From IMG/VR virus record IMGVR_UViG_3300008952_000012, positions 32,001 through 96,000 of that record: a DNA stretch of 64,000 bases; one strand, 5' to 3'. The stretch is from a virus. Of the stretch, positions 47,825-56,646 are shown piece by piece (the stretch's first letter is position 1; the number at the start of each line of letters is the position of its first letter). Under the pieces are notes generated by a model. The model was given only the letters and a program-made list of their open reading frames with translations, did not search any database and was not told where the DNA came from. The position numbers and the translations under genes are program-made.

Positions 47825-48866
47825 CAGCGGTTCTTTCCAGTACGGCTGCTCTGACTTCATTGACCAGCTTCGGGGAAGACTCTAAGACCTTAACTACACC
47901 CTCGATGCCGCCCTCAATTTTATCCTCGTAATCAAGGATGTAGTAAAAGCGCCCCTTGTTGAACACGACGTTGTGGGCCTTGGCGCTGTTAGCTAGGTCT
48001 ATAATCATGTCTACGCCCTCATTAAACATGAATACGTATTCACCCTCAGCGCCCTCAGAGATGCCGTGCTTACCCTTACTAATCTTCCACTTGACTTCCT
48101 TGCCGACCTTTTTGCCACTCTTTTTAATAAACGCACCTGAGCGTAGATGAATATCTACCGCTTTGGCGTGCTTTAAAGCGTAACCACCGGGCTGGGTGAA
48201 TGGGTTGTACTTAGCGGAGTGCGCATTCATGTTTGCTCTGACCGGGTTGATCATCACAACGCATGTCTTGTTTGGACCCTCCTCGCCGGGGACACGCATG
48301 GCGGAGTAGAACTTCCGACAGAAGTTACTCAGAAGACTTGCCCACGTAGCGATTTTAGCGTCCTCACCAAGGCCTTTTACGACGTTGTCTCTGGTTTCAC
48401 CGGAGCCCAATTCGTTGATCACTAGAAGCTGAAACTTCTGGGACCGCACGATCTCAAGCATAACGTCTAGCATCACCTCTGCGGGCTTCTCGGAATCTTC
48501 AGCAGCTAGGTCAACGAACATGAAGTTGCCTACCCCAGATAGCTGAACACCCGCTAGCTCCATGAATGATGGGTCAGGTTTGTACCCAAAAGACATCCAC
48601 GCGATGTTGGCGTCGTTTTTGTACTTACGTTGAACTTCGGCAATTACGAGATTGGACAAGTAGTCCTTACCAACCCCATCAGGACCGAAAAGCTGAACCA
48701 TTGATCCTGCCGGTAGCCCACCTTTCAGAGCTATATCAAGTGACAATATCCCAGTTGGGAGTCTAGTATCGAACGGGGTAGCCACCTCAGACATCGGTTG
48801 GATGACCGCTGCTCCCCCCATTCTTTTCTGTACGCTCTTAATTAGTTGGCTAATGTCGTCGGCCAT
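47817..48866 (-). CDS. recA: RecA/UvsX-like protein with a degenerate ATPase site
   Basis: PTGILSLDIALKGGLPAG, FGPDGVGK, GGYALKHA..V.I.LR and KISKGKHG give clear RecA architecture. The catalytic motifs are altered (see findings). Confidence 0.85.
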   Translation of the reverse strand: MADDISQLIKSVQKRMGGAAVIQPMSEVATPFDTRLPTGILSLDIALKGGLPAGSMVQLFGPDGVGKDYLSNLVIAEVQRKYKNDANIAWMSFGYKPDPSFMELAGVQLSGVGNFMFVDLAAEDSEKPAEVMLDVMLEIVRSQKFQLLVINELGSGETRDNVVKGLGEDAKIATWASLLSNFCRKFYSAMRVPGEEGPNKTCVVMINPVRANMNAHSAKYNPFTQPGGYALKHAKAVDIHLRSGAFIKKSGKKVGKEVKWKISKGKHGISEGAEGEYVFMFNEGVDMIIDLANSAKAHNVVFNKGRFYYILDYEDKIEGGIEGVVKVLESSPKLVNEVRAAVLERTADG

Positions 48867-49111
48867 TATTCCTCCTCTAGCTCCTTCTTCAATTTCTCAA
48901 ACTCAGCGTTGAGGGTAGGGCTAATCTCGTCCAAGTTTTCGTCATAGAGCTTTCGCATGTCATCAAATAGTTTCTTCTTAAAGCCCTTTATCATGCCAGG
49001 GGCCTCACCAGAGGCCACCTTCTCCATAGCGTCGTCTTCTGTTTCACACAGCTTCATCTTTATGAGCGTGGCTATCACTTGGGACGAATCCCCATATTTA
49101 GTCATTGACAT
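48866..49111 (-). CDS. Small hypothetical protein
   Basis: 81 aa, coupled to the recA-like start (TAATG overlap), GGGGTG RBS. Confidence 0.6.
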   Translation of the reverse strand: MSMTKYGDSSQVIATLIKMKLCETEDDAMEKVASGEAPGMIKGFKKKLFDDMRKLYDENLDEISPTLNAEFEKLKKELEEE

Positions 49112-49610
49112 TGGTCACCCCTTTATTAGCAAGTCTTCCCAAAGTAACCTCACGCTCTGACACAATCGCCAGTGCATGGTCTTTTCCGATAACCCCAAGG
49201 TTTACCGTCAGGTATGCTCCGTTGGATAACTCAATAATCGCTGAATCATCTCCGGAGCACAAGAATACGTTTGAGATAGCATCCCCCTCCTGCAAGCATG
49301 TGTTTACCGCGCCGACAATTTCTCGTAGGGATTCGCGCTTAACATCGAAAATATTTCCGAGTTCCTCATTCATAACTATCTCCTTTTGACTTCTCGTCTT
49401 TTGTTTAATCTCCCACTCAGCGGCGGAAGCCTTTGATCTATTAGGGTACCCTCTTGAGTAGAGCAACCTAACAGGTCTTCTAGATCTTGTATATCTTGCT
49501 CCACGCTTGGAGTTATTATGCTCCCAGATGCGCCTACCTACGTCGGTTGTTACACCAGCGTAGATAGACCCATCTGAGCACGAAGCTAAATATACAAACC
49601 AAATTCCCAC
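49098..49610 (-). CDS. GIY-YIG nuclease (YhbQ/SLX1-like) fused in frame to a 91 aa unknown domain
   Basis: WFVYLASCSDGSIYAGVTTDV.RRI.EHN...GARYTRSRRPVRL...A..AE..IK. There is an internal AGGAG + ATG at 49373. Confidence 0.8.
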   Translation of the reverse strand: MGIWFVYLASCSDGSIYAGVTTDVGRRIWEHNNSKRGARYTRSRRPVRLLYSRGYPNRSKASAAEWEIKQKTRSQKEIVMNEELGNIFDVKRESLREIVGAVNTCLQEGDAISNVFLCSGDDSAIIELSNGAYLTVNLGVIGKDHALAIVSEREVTLGRLANKGVTNVND

Positions 49611-49612
49611 TA

Positions 49613-49948
49613 TTACTCCGGGAGAAGCGAAAGCTGCCTTGGGGGTGGTGGGATAAGCTCCCAGACCGTAGCCCCTCTACCGCTTCGCGTAGGCCTTCGA
49701 TTGCCGCTGTCTCGTATGTGTCCGGACAGAACTAGCTCCCGTCTCCGAGCGCTTGCCGTCTGGTGGCGCATATCAAGAGCCGCCTCTACCTCATCATCCG
49801 TAGCGCCCCGAGTACCAGCCTCCTTAATAAAGGCCAGAACTTTGAACCGGAGCGTAGAAGACGATGTCTCTATAGAATCGGCTGCTGCCTCGCTTGTATC
49901 TGAACCTCTTACATATGGGGGTCTGCCCCCGTAAAGGTCATTACTCAT
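49613..49948 (-). CDS. Winged-helix DNA-binding protein
   Basis: GATDDEVEAALDMRHQTASARRREL...G.I.DSG.RR.TRSGR.A.VW is a common phage wHTH pattern. Confidence 0.7.
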   Translation of the reverse strand: MSNDLYGGRPPYVRGSDTSEAAADSIETSSSTLRFKVLAFIKEAGTRGATDDEVEAALDMRHQTASARRRELVLSGHIRDSGNRRPTRSGRGATVWELIPPPPRQLSLLPE

Positions 49949-50136
49949 TCTCCCTCCTCATCTAGTTGTTCCCCCGTTTGTATTTCAAAATGCTTTATTT
50001 CTCCAGTGGAGAGGCACTCCACGGAGGCTACAGTTTCTTCATCTCTAATTCTGCTTAATGAGTTGCTAAGGGCTTCTCTGAAGCCATCGGCCTTAAGCTC
50101 TTCTTCGATTATTACACGGTAATGAAGCTCCATCAT
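49945..50136 (-). CDS. Small acidic hypothetical protein
   Basis: GAGGAG RBS before ATG 50136; overlaps its neighbours by 4 nt. Confidence 0.55.
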   Translation of the reverse strand: MMELHYRVIIEEELKADGFREALSNSLSRIRDEETVASVECLSTGEIKHFEIQTGEQLDEEGE

Positions 50137-50396
50137 ACATTCTCCTCGTAGTAGTGGAGTGCAGTTGGGGCCCACAGCGTGATGCCATCATCCAACTCCC
50201 TGTAGGTGGGGTCTTCGTGCTTTACCGCTACGGTTTTTCTAGTCGTTACTTCGCCATCAATGGTCGTCTGGAAATCCTTAAACCCCACCACGACCCCAAA
50301 AAGCCCCGGCGAGTAGGTGCATCCGACTTTATCACCGATGACAAACTGGGCATTAATAGGGACTCGGACCAGTACGGTGTTCTCTGCTTCCATCAT
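50133..50396 (-). CDS. Small beta-rich (KOW/SH3-like) hypothetical protein
   Basis: FVIGDKVGC...FGVVVGF pattern; ATGA overlap with polA. Confidence 0.55.
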   Translation of the reverse strand: MMEAENTVLVRVPINAQFVIGDKVGCTYSPGLFGVVVGFKDFQTTIDGEVTTRKTVAVKHEDPTYRELDDGITLWAPTALHYYEENV

Positions 50397-52288
50397 TTAC
50401 ACTCCAGCCAGTTGTCCCCGTACTTGCTGGTGGTTTCCAGAGGGACATCTAGATCAAAATAGAATGGGTGAGCCATTAGCTCTCCGATCCTGTTGTTTAG
50501 ATCCATATCATCTGCCCATTCATTGGGCACCTCGAAGACAATCTCATCATGAACCTGGATAATCATTCGAGTGCCAGACTTCTCGACAAGTGGGTCTTCC
50601 CATATTCGAACCATAGCCATCTTGGTGATGTCAGCGGCAGAGCCTTGGATGGGTGAGTTCTTCACCTTTCGTTCTGCCTGCGCAATGTCACCGCCGAGCC
50701 TGGACCTGAGTCCTGGCACAAGGCGTCTTCTCCCTAGAATGGTGGAGCAAAACCCGTGGGACCGCGCCTCAGTGATTGCTGCCTTGAAATACTTAGTGAC
50801 CTTTGGGAAGGCCGAGAAGTACTGCTTTATAAGCATTCTTGCTTCATCAACTGAGCAACTAAGGGTTCCAGCCAGCGCACCAGCGCCCTGTCCGTACATA
50901 AGACCGAAATTGATAGCCTTAGCCCCTTTCCTGTGAGCAAGAAGGCGCTCTTCGTAGTCGGACAGACTCTCACCCCTATCATCCTTCTCTCTTGCATGGA
51001 TGATGTCTTCATACGGGACCTTGAACATTTTGGCGGCAGTTGATGAGTGAACGTCAAGACCGCTTTTTATTGATTTAGATAAGGTTGCGTCCCCGGATAG
51101 GTGAGCAAGAATTCGCATTTCCAATTGAGCATAGTCAGCGGCCATAAGCCTGTACCCTTGGCTCGGTAAGTATGCTGATCGGATATATGGGGGTTGGTTT
51201 TGTAAATTAGGATCGCTGGAGCTAAGTCGCCCCGTTCGCGCACCGGTCTGATTGAATGATGCGTGGACTTTCCCATCCACATGTATTTTTTCCAACAGAT
51301 TTGAGATGTATGTCCCAAGCTTTTTATCGAGGTCTCTGTACTCCAACAATTTGGTTGCGTACTCACAACCGTCATTGGCCCACTTACCTAGAACAGCTTT
51401 ATTTAGTTGCGGCTTACCCTTCTCCGTGTGTGATATAGGCGACCTACTTAGGTCCCCAAAGAAGAAATCTCCCATTTGATCATTACTGTTCAGGTTCACA
51501 TAGAGCCTGCCAGTAGCCTTTCCGAACCACTTCTGTATTCCAAGAAGACGGTCTTCAATCATGGGGGCCTGGGTAAGAAGCTCATCCTTGTTTACCACCA
51601 CCCCATGCCGCTCCATCTCAAGGAGAATTCGCGTAAATGGGAGTTCTGTTTTGACATAGTAGTCCCACAGCGTTGGGTACTTCTCATCGCCAATGTCTAA
51701 CGACAGAAGCTCTTCACGAACCCCGAAGAACAACTTGTATGTTGCGTACGCATCGAGAGCCGCATAGTTGGTGACTACATCTTCATTTTCAGGGTCTAAC
51801 AGAACCTCATGGAGCTTCCTCTTCCGAAGCATCTTCCCAAAAATAGACTTGAACGGGACCATGTCGATTTCGAGGTAGTGCTTAGATAAGAATTTAAGGT
51901 CGTGAGGCAACGTGTCATCAACAAGGGCGTGCATTACCATCGTGTCGTAGACTCGATAATGGTTGTGCTGTGCATGTCGATATACATCAATCCCAACATT
52001 AAGCAGCATCCAACAGTCGAAGTTGGCGTTGTGCATGATGAGTTTTATTTCGGGATTTTCTAGTAGGTCTTTGAAGTAAGGGATCACTTCGGGCCAGATG
52101 GCCCAACGTTCTTCGCCATCGCTAATAGCTAGGATGATGGCGCGGTCCTTCTGCCTGGACAGGCCGGTTGTTTCTGTATCAACCGCTAATATGGGCTTAG
52201 TCTCTAAGCGCTTTACGATATCCAGAGCGTCATCGGGTTCAGCAACCCGCACGGCTTCCGGGAGAACGGAAAACATTCCCATGCTCAC
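50393..52288 (-). CDS. polA: Family A DNA polymerase (3'-5' exonuclease + polymerase, no 5'-3' exonuclease domain)
   Basis: Exo motifs AVDTETTG, HNANFD and YAALDA. Polymerase motifs TGRLSSSDPNLQN, ADYAQLEMR, KAINFGLMYG and QVHDE. AAGGAGG RBS. Confidence 0.95.
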   Translation of the reverse strand: MSMGMFSVLPEAVRVAEPDDALDIVKRLETKPILAVDTETTGLSRQKDRAIILAISDGEERWAIWPEVIPYFKDLLENPEIKLIMHNANFDCWMLLNVGIDVYRHAQHNHYRVYDTMVMHALVDDTLPHDLKFLSKHYLEIDMVPFKSIFGKMLRKRKLHEVLLDPENEDVVTNYAALDAYATYKLFFGVREELLSLDIGDEKYPTLWDYYVKTELPFTRILLEMERHGVVVNKDELLTQAPMIEDRLLGIQKWFGKATGRLYVNLNSNDQMGDFFFGDLSRSPISHTEKGKPQLNKAVLGKWANDGCEYATKLLEYRDLDKKLGTYISNLLEKIHVDGKVHASFNQTGARTGRLSSSDPNLQNQPPYIRSAYLPSQGYRLMAADYAQLEMRILAHLSGDATLSKSIKSGLDVHSSTAAKMFKVPYEDIIHAREKDDRGESLSDYEERLLAHRKGAKAINFGLMYGQGAGALAGTLSCSVDEARMLIKQYFSAFPKVTKYFKAAITEARSHGFCSTILGRRRLVPGLRSRLGGDIAQAERKVKNSPIQGSAADITKMAMVRIWEDPLVEKSGTRMIIQVHDEIVFEVPNEWADDMDLNNRIGELMAHPFYFDLDVPLETTSKYGDNWLECK

Positions 52289-52298
52289 CTCCTTGGTG

Positions 52299-52341
52299 AA
52301 AAAAGCATAAGACGGGGGAACCGAAGTCCCCCCGCCCCTGC
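52299..52341 (-). terminator. Terminator-like hairpin with a cUUCGg loop between the SSB and polA genes
   Basis: The minus strand reads GCAGGGGCGGGGGGAC-TTCG-GTTCCCCCGTCTTATGC followed by T6. Confidence 0.7.
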
Positions 52342-52355
52342 CTAGTCTTTAGAGA

Positions 52356-53507
52356 TTAGAACGGGATGCTGTCGTCGTCTTCCTCGTCGTGCCCCGCCTC
52401 ATAGTGCTTATCTAGGATGGCTTGAGCAGCCCCATCAAAGGGGTTGTCCCGGCCCATAGACTTTGCTTGGTCATCCAGATCCTGCATGCCCAAGAAGTAA
52501 TTGAAGTCAAACGGCTCCAGAGACGTTGAATCAACATCCTCAAGAGTCTCCGACTTCATTGCGCTCACAATGTGAAAAGACGTACGCCCACCACTGACTT
52601 GGTCAGCAGCAATCACAATGTCACACTCTTCCCAGCCAAGCTGGATTGGGTTGTCGCACCCTGGGGTATAGGTCTTTCGACTCCCATAACCCTTTGGCTT
52701 GACGCACTCTACCACAGGGTCTGCCATACCTACGTATTCACAGTCTTCACACTCAACCGAAGATGACCGCAAGGCATCCTCGTCCTCCTCGGAGATTCCC
52801 TCCTTAGATGTGTGAGAGGCAAGCACCACTCCACAGTCCCCACACTTGTACCCAACCGTACTAATTTCCCCTTCGGGGCAGCTAGCACATTTGTTGGACA
52901 CGTCCCCGAGTTTCTCTAAGAGAAGACGCTTCTGTGAGGGCCATAGCTCCCACCAAAGCTTTCTTCCGTAGACAATCTCGTAGTCAGCGTGGGCTGAGCT
53001 TGGATGGCTGATGCGACCGTTACGGTCTGGTGCAGGCACTCGCTCAAAAGTATGGTACTCATACCCGTTGCTGCTCGTATGTGGGATCTTGTAAAAATCC
53101 TCCATCACGAACACGGTAACCGCACACTTCTCATCGGCCCAGAAGCTTTCATTCTCATCTTCTGCACAGTAGTAATAGAGAACGCACGGAAGCTCCCGCT
53201 CCCCGTTCCAGCTATTACTGATGATCTGCCGCTTCTGCCCGGAGGGTGTCGTTACCCACTTGGCTTGGTACTTGTAGAAAACGCTCTTGCCGGTTGTTGG
53301 AACGATCCGAATACGGGTTTCCATCTCGTCAGGCTTGAACTTGTTGTCGCGCATCCGAAGCTTCCATGCCGGAGGCCTCTTCTGCTCAAAGTTCCTTTTA
53401 GCGCCATTGCTTCCGTAGGACTTATTACCACCCTTCTTAGAAAGCATTTTGCTTCGAACTTTGGATTCTTTCTGTTGTTTGTGAAAGTCATCAAAACTAA
53501 TTGGCAT
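52356..53507 (-). CDS. Single-stranded DNA-binding protein (gp32-like) with zinc-ribbon insertions
   Basis: RIRIVP OB-fold start, three CxxC pairs, an acidic tail ending DEEDDDSIPF, and a position between primase and polymerase. Confidence 0.7.
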   Translation of the reverse strand: MPISFDDFHKQQKESKVRSKMLSKKGGNKSYGSNGAKRNFEQKRPPAWKLRMRDNKFKPDEMETRIRIVPTTGKSVFYKYQAKWVTTPSGQKRQIISNSWNGERELPCVLYYYCAEDENESFWADEKCAVTVFVMEDFYKIPHTSSNGYEYHTFERVPAPDRNGRISHPSSAHADYEIVYGRKLWWELWPSQKRLLLEKLGDVSNKCASCPEGEISTVGYKCGDCGVVLASHTSKEGISEEDEDALRSSSVECEDCEYVGMADPVVECVKPKGYGSRKTYTPGCDNPIQLGWEECDIVIAADQVSGGRTSFHIVSAMKSETLEDVDSTSLEPFDFNYFLGMQDLDDQAKSMGRDNPFDGAAQAILDKHYEAGHDEEDDDSIPF

Positions 53508-53525
53508 TTTTTTCTCCTTTTTTGG

Positions 53526-54491
53526 TCACGGCCTAAGCGCCGCCTCAACTGCCAGTCTTATCTCTGTCTTTGTTAAATCATCTGGGGATATAGGTTCATC
53601 TGACCTATAGTCAGCGACCCGCACCTCAATACCGTATAATTGTCTAATAATTTTGTCCGTGGCCTCCCTTCCTGCTTGGTCGTTATCAAGAAAAAGAACG
53701 ACTCTATTTGAAACCCGCTGAAGAAGGAGCGCCTGCTCCCTGCTCATATGGGAACCAAGTAGAGCAACAGTATCGGAATATCCGGACTGTACGCACCATA
53801 GGCACGCCTTGAAACCCTCGCATACAACAACGGGCATGTCAATACATGTATACATCCTGCGCGGGTAGAACTTATCCAATCCGTACAGGATTTTCTTCTT
53901 GTTAAGCTCGTAACTACGGTCAATTTCGTGAAGCTCTGCTCGGTATATTTTGTACCTTGGGTGCTCACCACGAACAGTTCTTCCGGATATTCCGACAAGG
54001 TTACCGTTATGGTCCCGCAGGGCAAACGTTACACGCTTCCTTTTTCTATCAAAACCCACGTCGTAGCTCTTTAGGATTTCCGGGTCATACCCATCATCTA
54101 CTAAGCTTTTCGGCAGGTATTCAAACATCCCAAGTATGGCCTCGGGCAGAGTTGGCTGCTCAAGACTCAAGGTGTGTAGGGTTGGTGGCTTAGGCGGGGG
54201 GCTGTCCGCCAACTCCTTCTTTATCGCGTCTATCAGGCTTCGGCCAACGTTCAACTGCCGGAGCAGACTTGTTAGCGTCCAGCCTTCGTTGCACGTATGG
54301 CAAAAGGACATCCCAATATGTCTAGAGGAGCTAGACTTACCAACGTACACGTAGAAGGATGGCTTACTTTCCAGACCAGACTTGTGGAATGGGCAGTAAG
54401 CAGGGATGTTATCTCCGGGAGTCTCCGCTTCTACGAAGCGGATATGCCCAGATAATATTGTGATGATCTCTTCCTTGGATATACCGATCAT
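53526..54491 (-). CDS. DnaG-like primase (zinc finger + TOPRIM)
   Basis: CPFH...PSF...CHTC zinc finger; VGISGR, KY, LYG; TOPRIM VVCEG and VLFLDNDQAG. Confidence 0.85.
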   Translation of the reverse strand: MIGISKEEIITILSGHIRFVEAETPGDNIPAYCPFHKSGLESKPSFYVYVGKSSSSRHIGMSFCHTCNEGWTLTSLLRQLNVGRSLIDAIKKELADSPPPKPPTLHTLSLEQPTLPEAILGMFEYLPKSLVDDGYDPEILKSYDVGFDRKRKRVTFALRDHNGNLVGISGRTVRGEHPRYKIYRAELHEIDRSYELNKKKILYGLDKFYPRRMYTCIDMPVVVCEGFKACLWCVQSGYSDTVALLGSHMSREQALLLQRVSNRVVLFLDNDQAGREATDKIIRQLYGIEVRVADYRSDEPISPDDLTKTEIRLAVEAALRP

Positions 54492-55915
54492 CCCATTGCC
54501 ACATCCTCATCAATCTCATCAGGCCCCCTGTCTCCGCGAGATTGCTCCATTAATGGACTGGCGACAACGGCGGTCACCTCCGGGAGAGAGTTTTCCCCCC
54601 CAAAGCCATCACCACCCTCTTCTGGGTCTTCCATGATGTCGCCTATTGAGTACAGATTGTCGTGGGCGTAACCGAAGTTTTCGGCAGCCAACGCGTGGAT
54701 CGTGAAACCCTCATCAGTCGTTTCCCTGGCGGCAGCCAAGTGTATACTGATTTCTTGTTTACGCTTGTGGTAAACCAATCTGATACCAACATCGCAGTCC
54801 ATCACCGCCCCAGTGTTCATAGCAAGTGACGCGGTGCCCCTTGACTTTGAATACTTGTACGCTGACCGCTCGTTCTCCTGCAGGATTGCCAGAATAGGAA
54901 TACTCGTTGTCTTGGCAATCTGTTTGATCTGTCTGTTAATGGCAGACAAGACCTTCCAATCAAGAGCGTTTGCGCTGGTGTTCACTCCAGGCAATTCGAG
55001 CATGTAGGACGAGTCCAACAGAACAAAGTGTGGTCGGTAGATATCCATCTTGCGACGAATCTCTGACGGCCCACCTGGAGACCCATCGGCCCTGTCACAG
55101 TCTGTGAAAATCAGTTCTCCCGGAAAATCGGGGGCACATGTTTCTTCAACCGACTGAAGCAGGTGTGTTTGTTCTGCTACAGAAAGAGACGCTGACTTTA
55201 GACGCGTGTAGTTGATCCCAGCGTTTATAGCCGTAATCCTTCTACGCATCTGGGGCCACGTCATCTCCTTACTGTAGATTAGGACGCGCCTTCCAGACGA
55301 GAACAGCTTAGCCGCGATGACTAACCCAAACCAAGTTTTCATCGACTTGGGCAAGGCCCACACCATGATGAAATCCCCAGGCTGTATCCCCTGAGTCGCG
55401 GCGTTTAACCGTGTCCAGGGCCAAGGCATTCCTGTTAGCCCTTGCGTGTCACCCGTTCTCCGTAGTTCCTCAATAGTCTCCTCAAGAGCTACTTTGGAAA
55501 ATACGACGTCTTTTGAGTTGGTCGTCTTTTCTTGAAGACTCCCCACTGCGTCATAAAGCGTTGTCAGCGCTCCGAACGGGTCTTGCGCCGTTTCTTCTTG
55601 CCACGCACCAACCGCTTTTTCGCATTCCCTTTTGAGGTAACTCCCTTTGATTTTTTCACAGAGGTCTTGGATGTTCTCCAGGGCTCGTGGCAAATCTAAG
55701 CTTGGGAATTGCTCTGAAAGCGTTTGTTCGCTGGGGACGTGCCCGAAATTGTTTGGTCTTCGGTAATGTGCATCTATCGTTGAGAACAGAGACTTAGCCT
55801 CCATAGACCCAAGCGTCCTAAAATGCACTCCCTCCTTTAGGACAGACTCCCACGCTTTCGGCGGATTGTCTGCGCGAATAATACTAGATATTAACTGCAA
55901 CTCCCAGTTTGCCAT
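54488..55915 (-). CDS. DnaB-like replicative helicase
   Basis: PWTRLNAATQGIQPGDF, Walker A variant ALPKSMKT, YSKEM, Walker B LLDS, and PILAILQENE. Confidence 0.85.
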   Translation of the reverse strand: MANWELQLISSIIRADNPPKAWESVLKEGVHFRTLGSMEAKSLFSTIDAHYRRPNNFGHVPSEQTLSEQFPSLDLPRALENIQDLCEKIKGSYLKRECEKAVGAWQEETAQDPFGALTTLYDAVGSLQEKTTNSKDVVFSKVALEETIEELRRTGDTQGLTGMPWPWTRLNAATQGIQPGDFIMVWALPKSMKTWFGLVIAAKLFSSGRRVLIYSKEMTWPQMRRRITAINAGINYTRLKSASLSVAEQTHLLQSVEETCAPDFPGELIFTDCDRADGSPGGPSEIRRKMDIYRPHFVLLDSSYMLELPGVNTSANALDWKVLSAINRQIKQIAKTTSIPILAILQENERSAYKYSKSRGTASLAMNTGAVMDCDVGIRLVYHKRKQEISIHLAAARETTDEGFTIHALAAENFGYAHDNLYSIGDIMEDPEEGGDGFGGENSLPEVTAVVASPLMEQSRGDRGPDEIDEDVAMG

Positions 55916-55924
55916 GCTCCCTCC

Positions 55925-56230
55925 TTAGATTTCCCTGGTAACTAGACTTTTTATCTGTTTGTTGATTCTTTCTTCATTGGCCTCTTCGGACTCTGCTACC
56001 CGGTTAAGAAAAGAGGATTCAATAGCGTCAATAAGGCTGTTTGCAGCCTCCTGGACCTCCTCGACAGTGCCAGCATCGTCCACGTCAACACTTCCACATG
56101 CCCAATCACCAATCCGGTACCCGACCTTTGCGGTTACCTTTGATTGGCTGGATGGGCCGTGGATGTATTTTGCGACGTGAACTTCGTAGCACACAATCGT
56201 GTCAATCTTCACGTTCTCTAATTTTTTCAT
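55925..56230 (-). CDS. Hypothetical protein
   Basis: 101 aa, coupled within the operon. Confidence 0.6.
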   Translation of the reverse strand: MKKLENVKIDTIVCYEVHVAKYIHGPSSQSKVTAKVGYRIGDWACGSVDVDDAGTVEEVQEAANSLIDAIESSFLNRVAESEEANEERINKQIKSLVTREI

Positions 56231-56646
56231 TCTTCAAACCTGCCTTTGAACAAGCGCTCTTGTATGTCCGATACATGCCCAAGAAGAGCTTTTCCAAGGT
56301 GGTCTCGGGAACTCTCCCAAGCTAAGTCGTATGCCATTTCGTGACCGGTCCTGATTGAGTCCTCATCCTGATCACACCTAAGCGTTACAGAAGAAAACAC
56401 CTCAACACCGTAGGGGACTTTATCCCACTGACCATCCCCGTATCTAACTGCGTCAGAGACTTTGGTAGCCACGGATGCGGTCACGGTTGCAGTGTCCCCA
56501 TCCCCACTCACCAGGGAAGTAACTGGGACCTGTTCTTCGATTCTTTCAGCCATGTCTTTCTCCTCAAAGTTAGCGTCTTTCCATGATTTTCTAATGTGGA
56601 CAGTGCGGGACGCATGAGCGCCCCGCACCTTGAAGCCTTTGCCCAT
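56227..56646 (-). CDS. Hypothetical protein
   Basis: 139 aa, AGGTG RBS, adjacent to the upstream stop. Confidence 0.6.
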   Translation of the reverse strand: MGKGFKVRGAHASRTVHIRKSWKDANFEEKDMAERIEEQVPVTSLVSGDGDTATVTASVATKVSDAVRYGDGQWDKVPYGVEVFSSVTLRCDQDEDSIRTGHEMAYDLAWESSRDHLGKALLGHVSDIQERLFKGRFEE

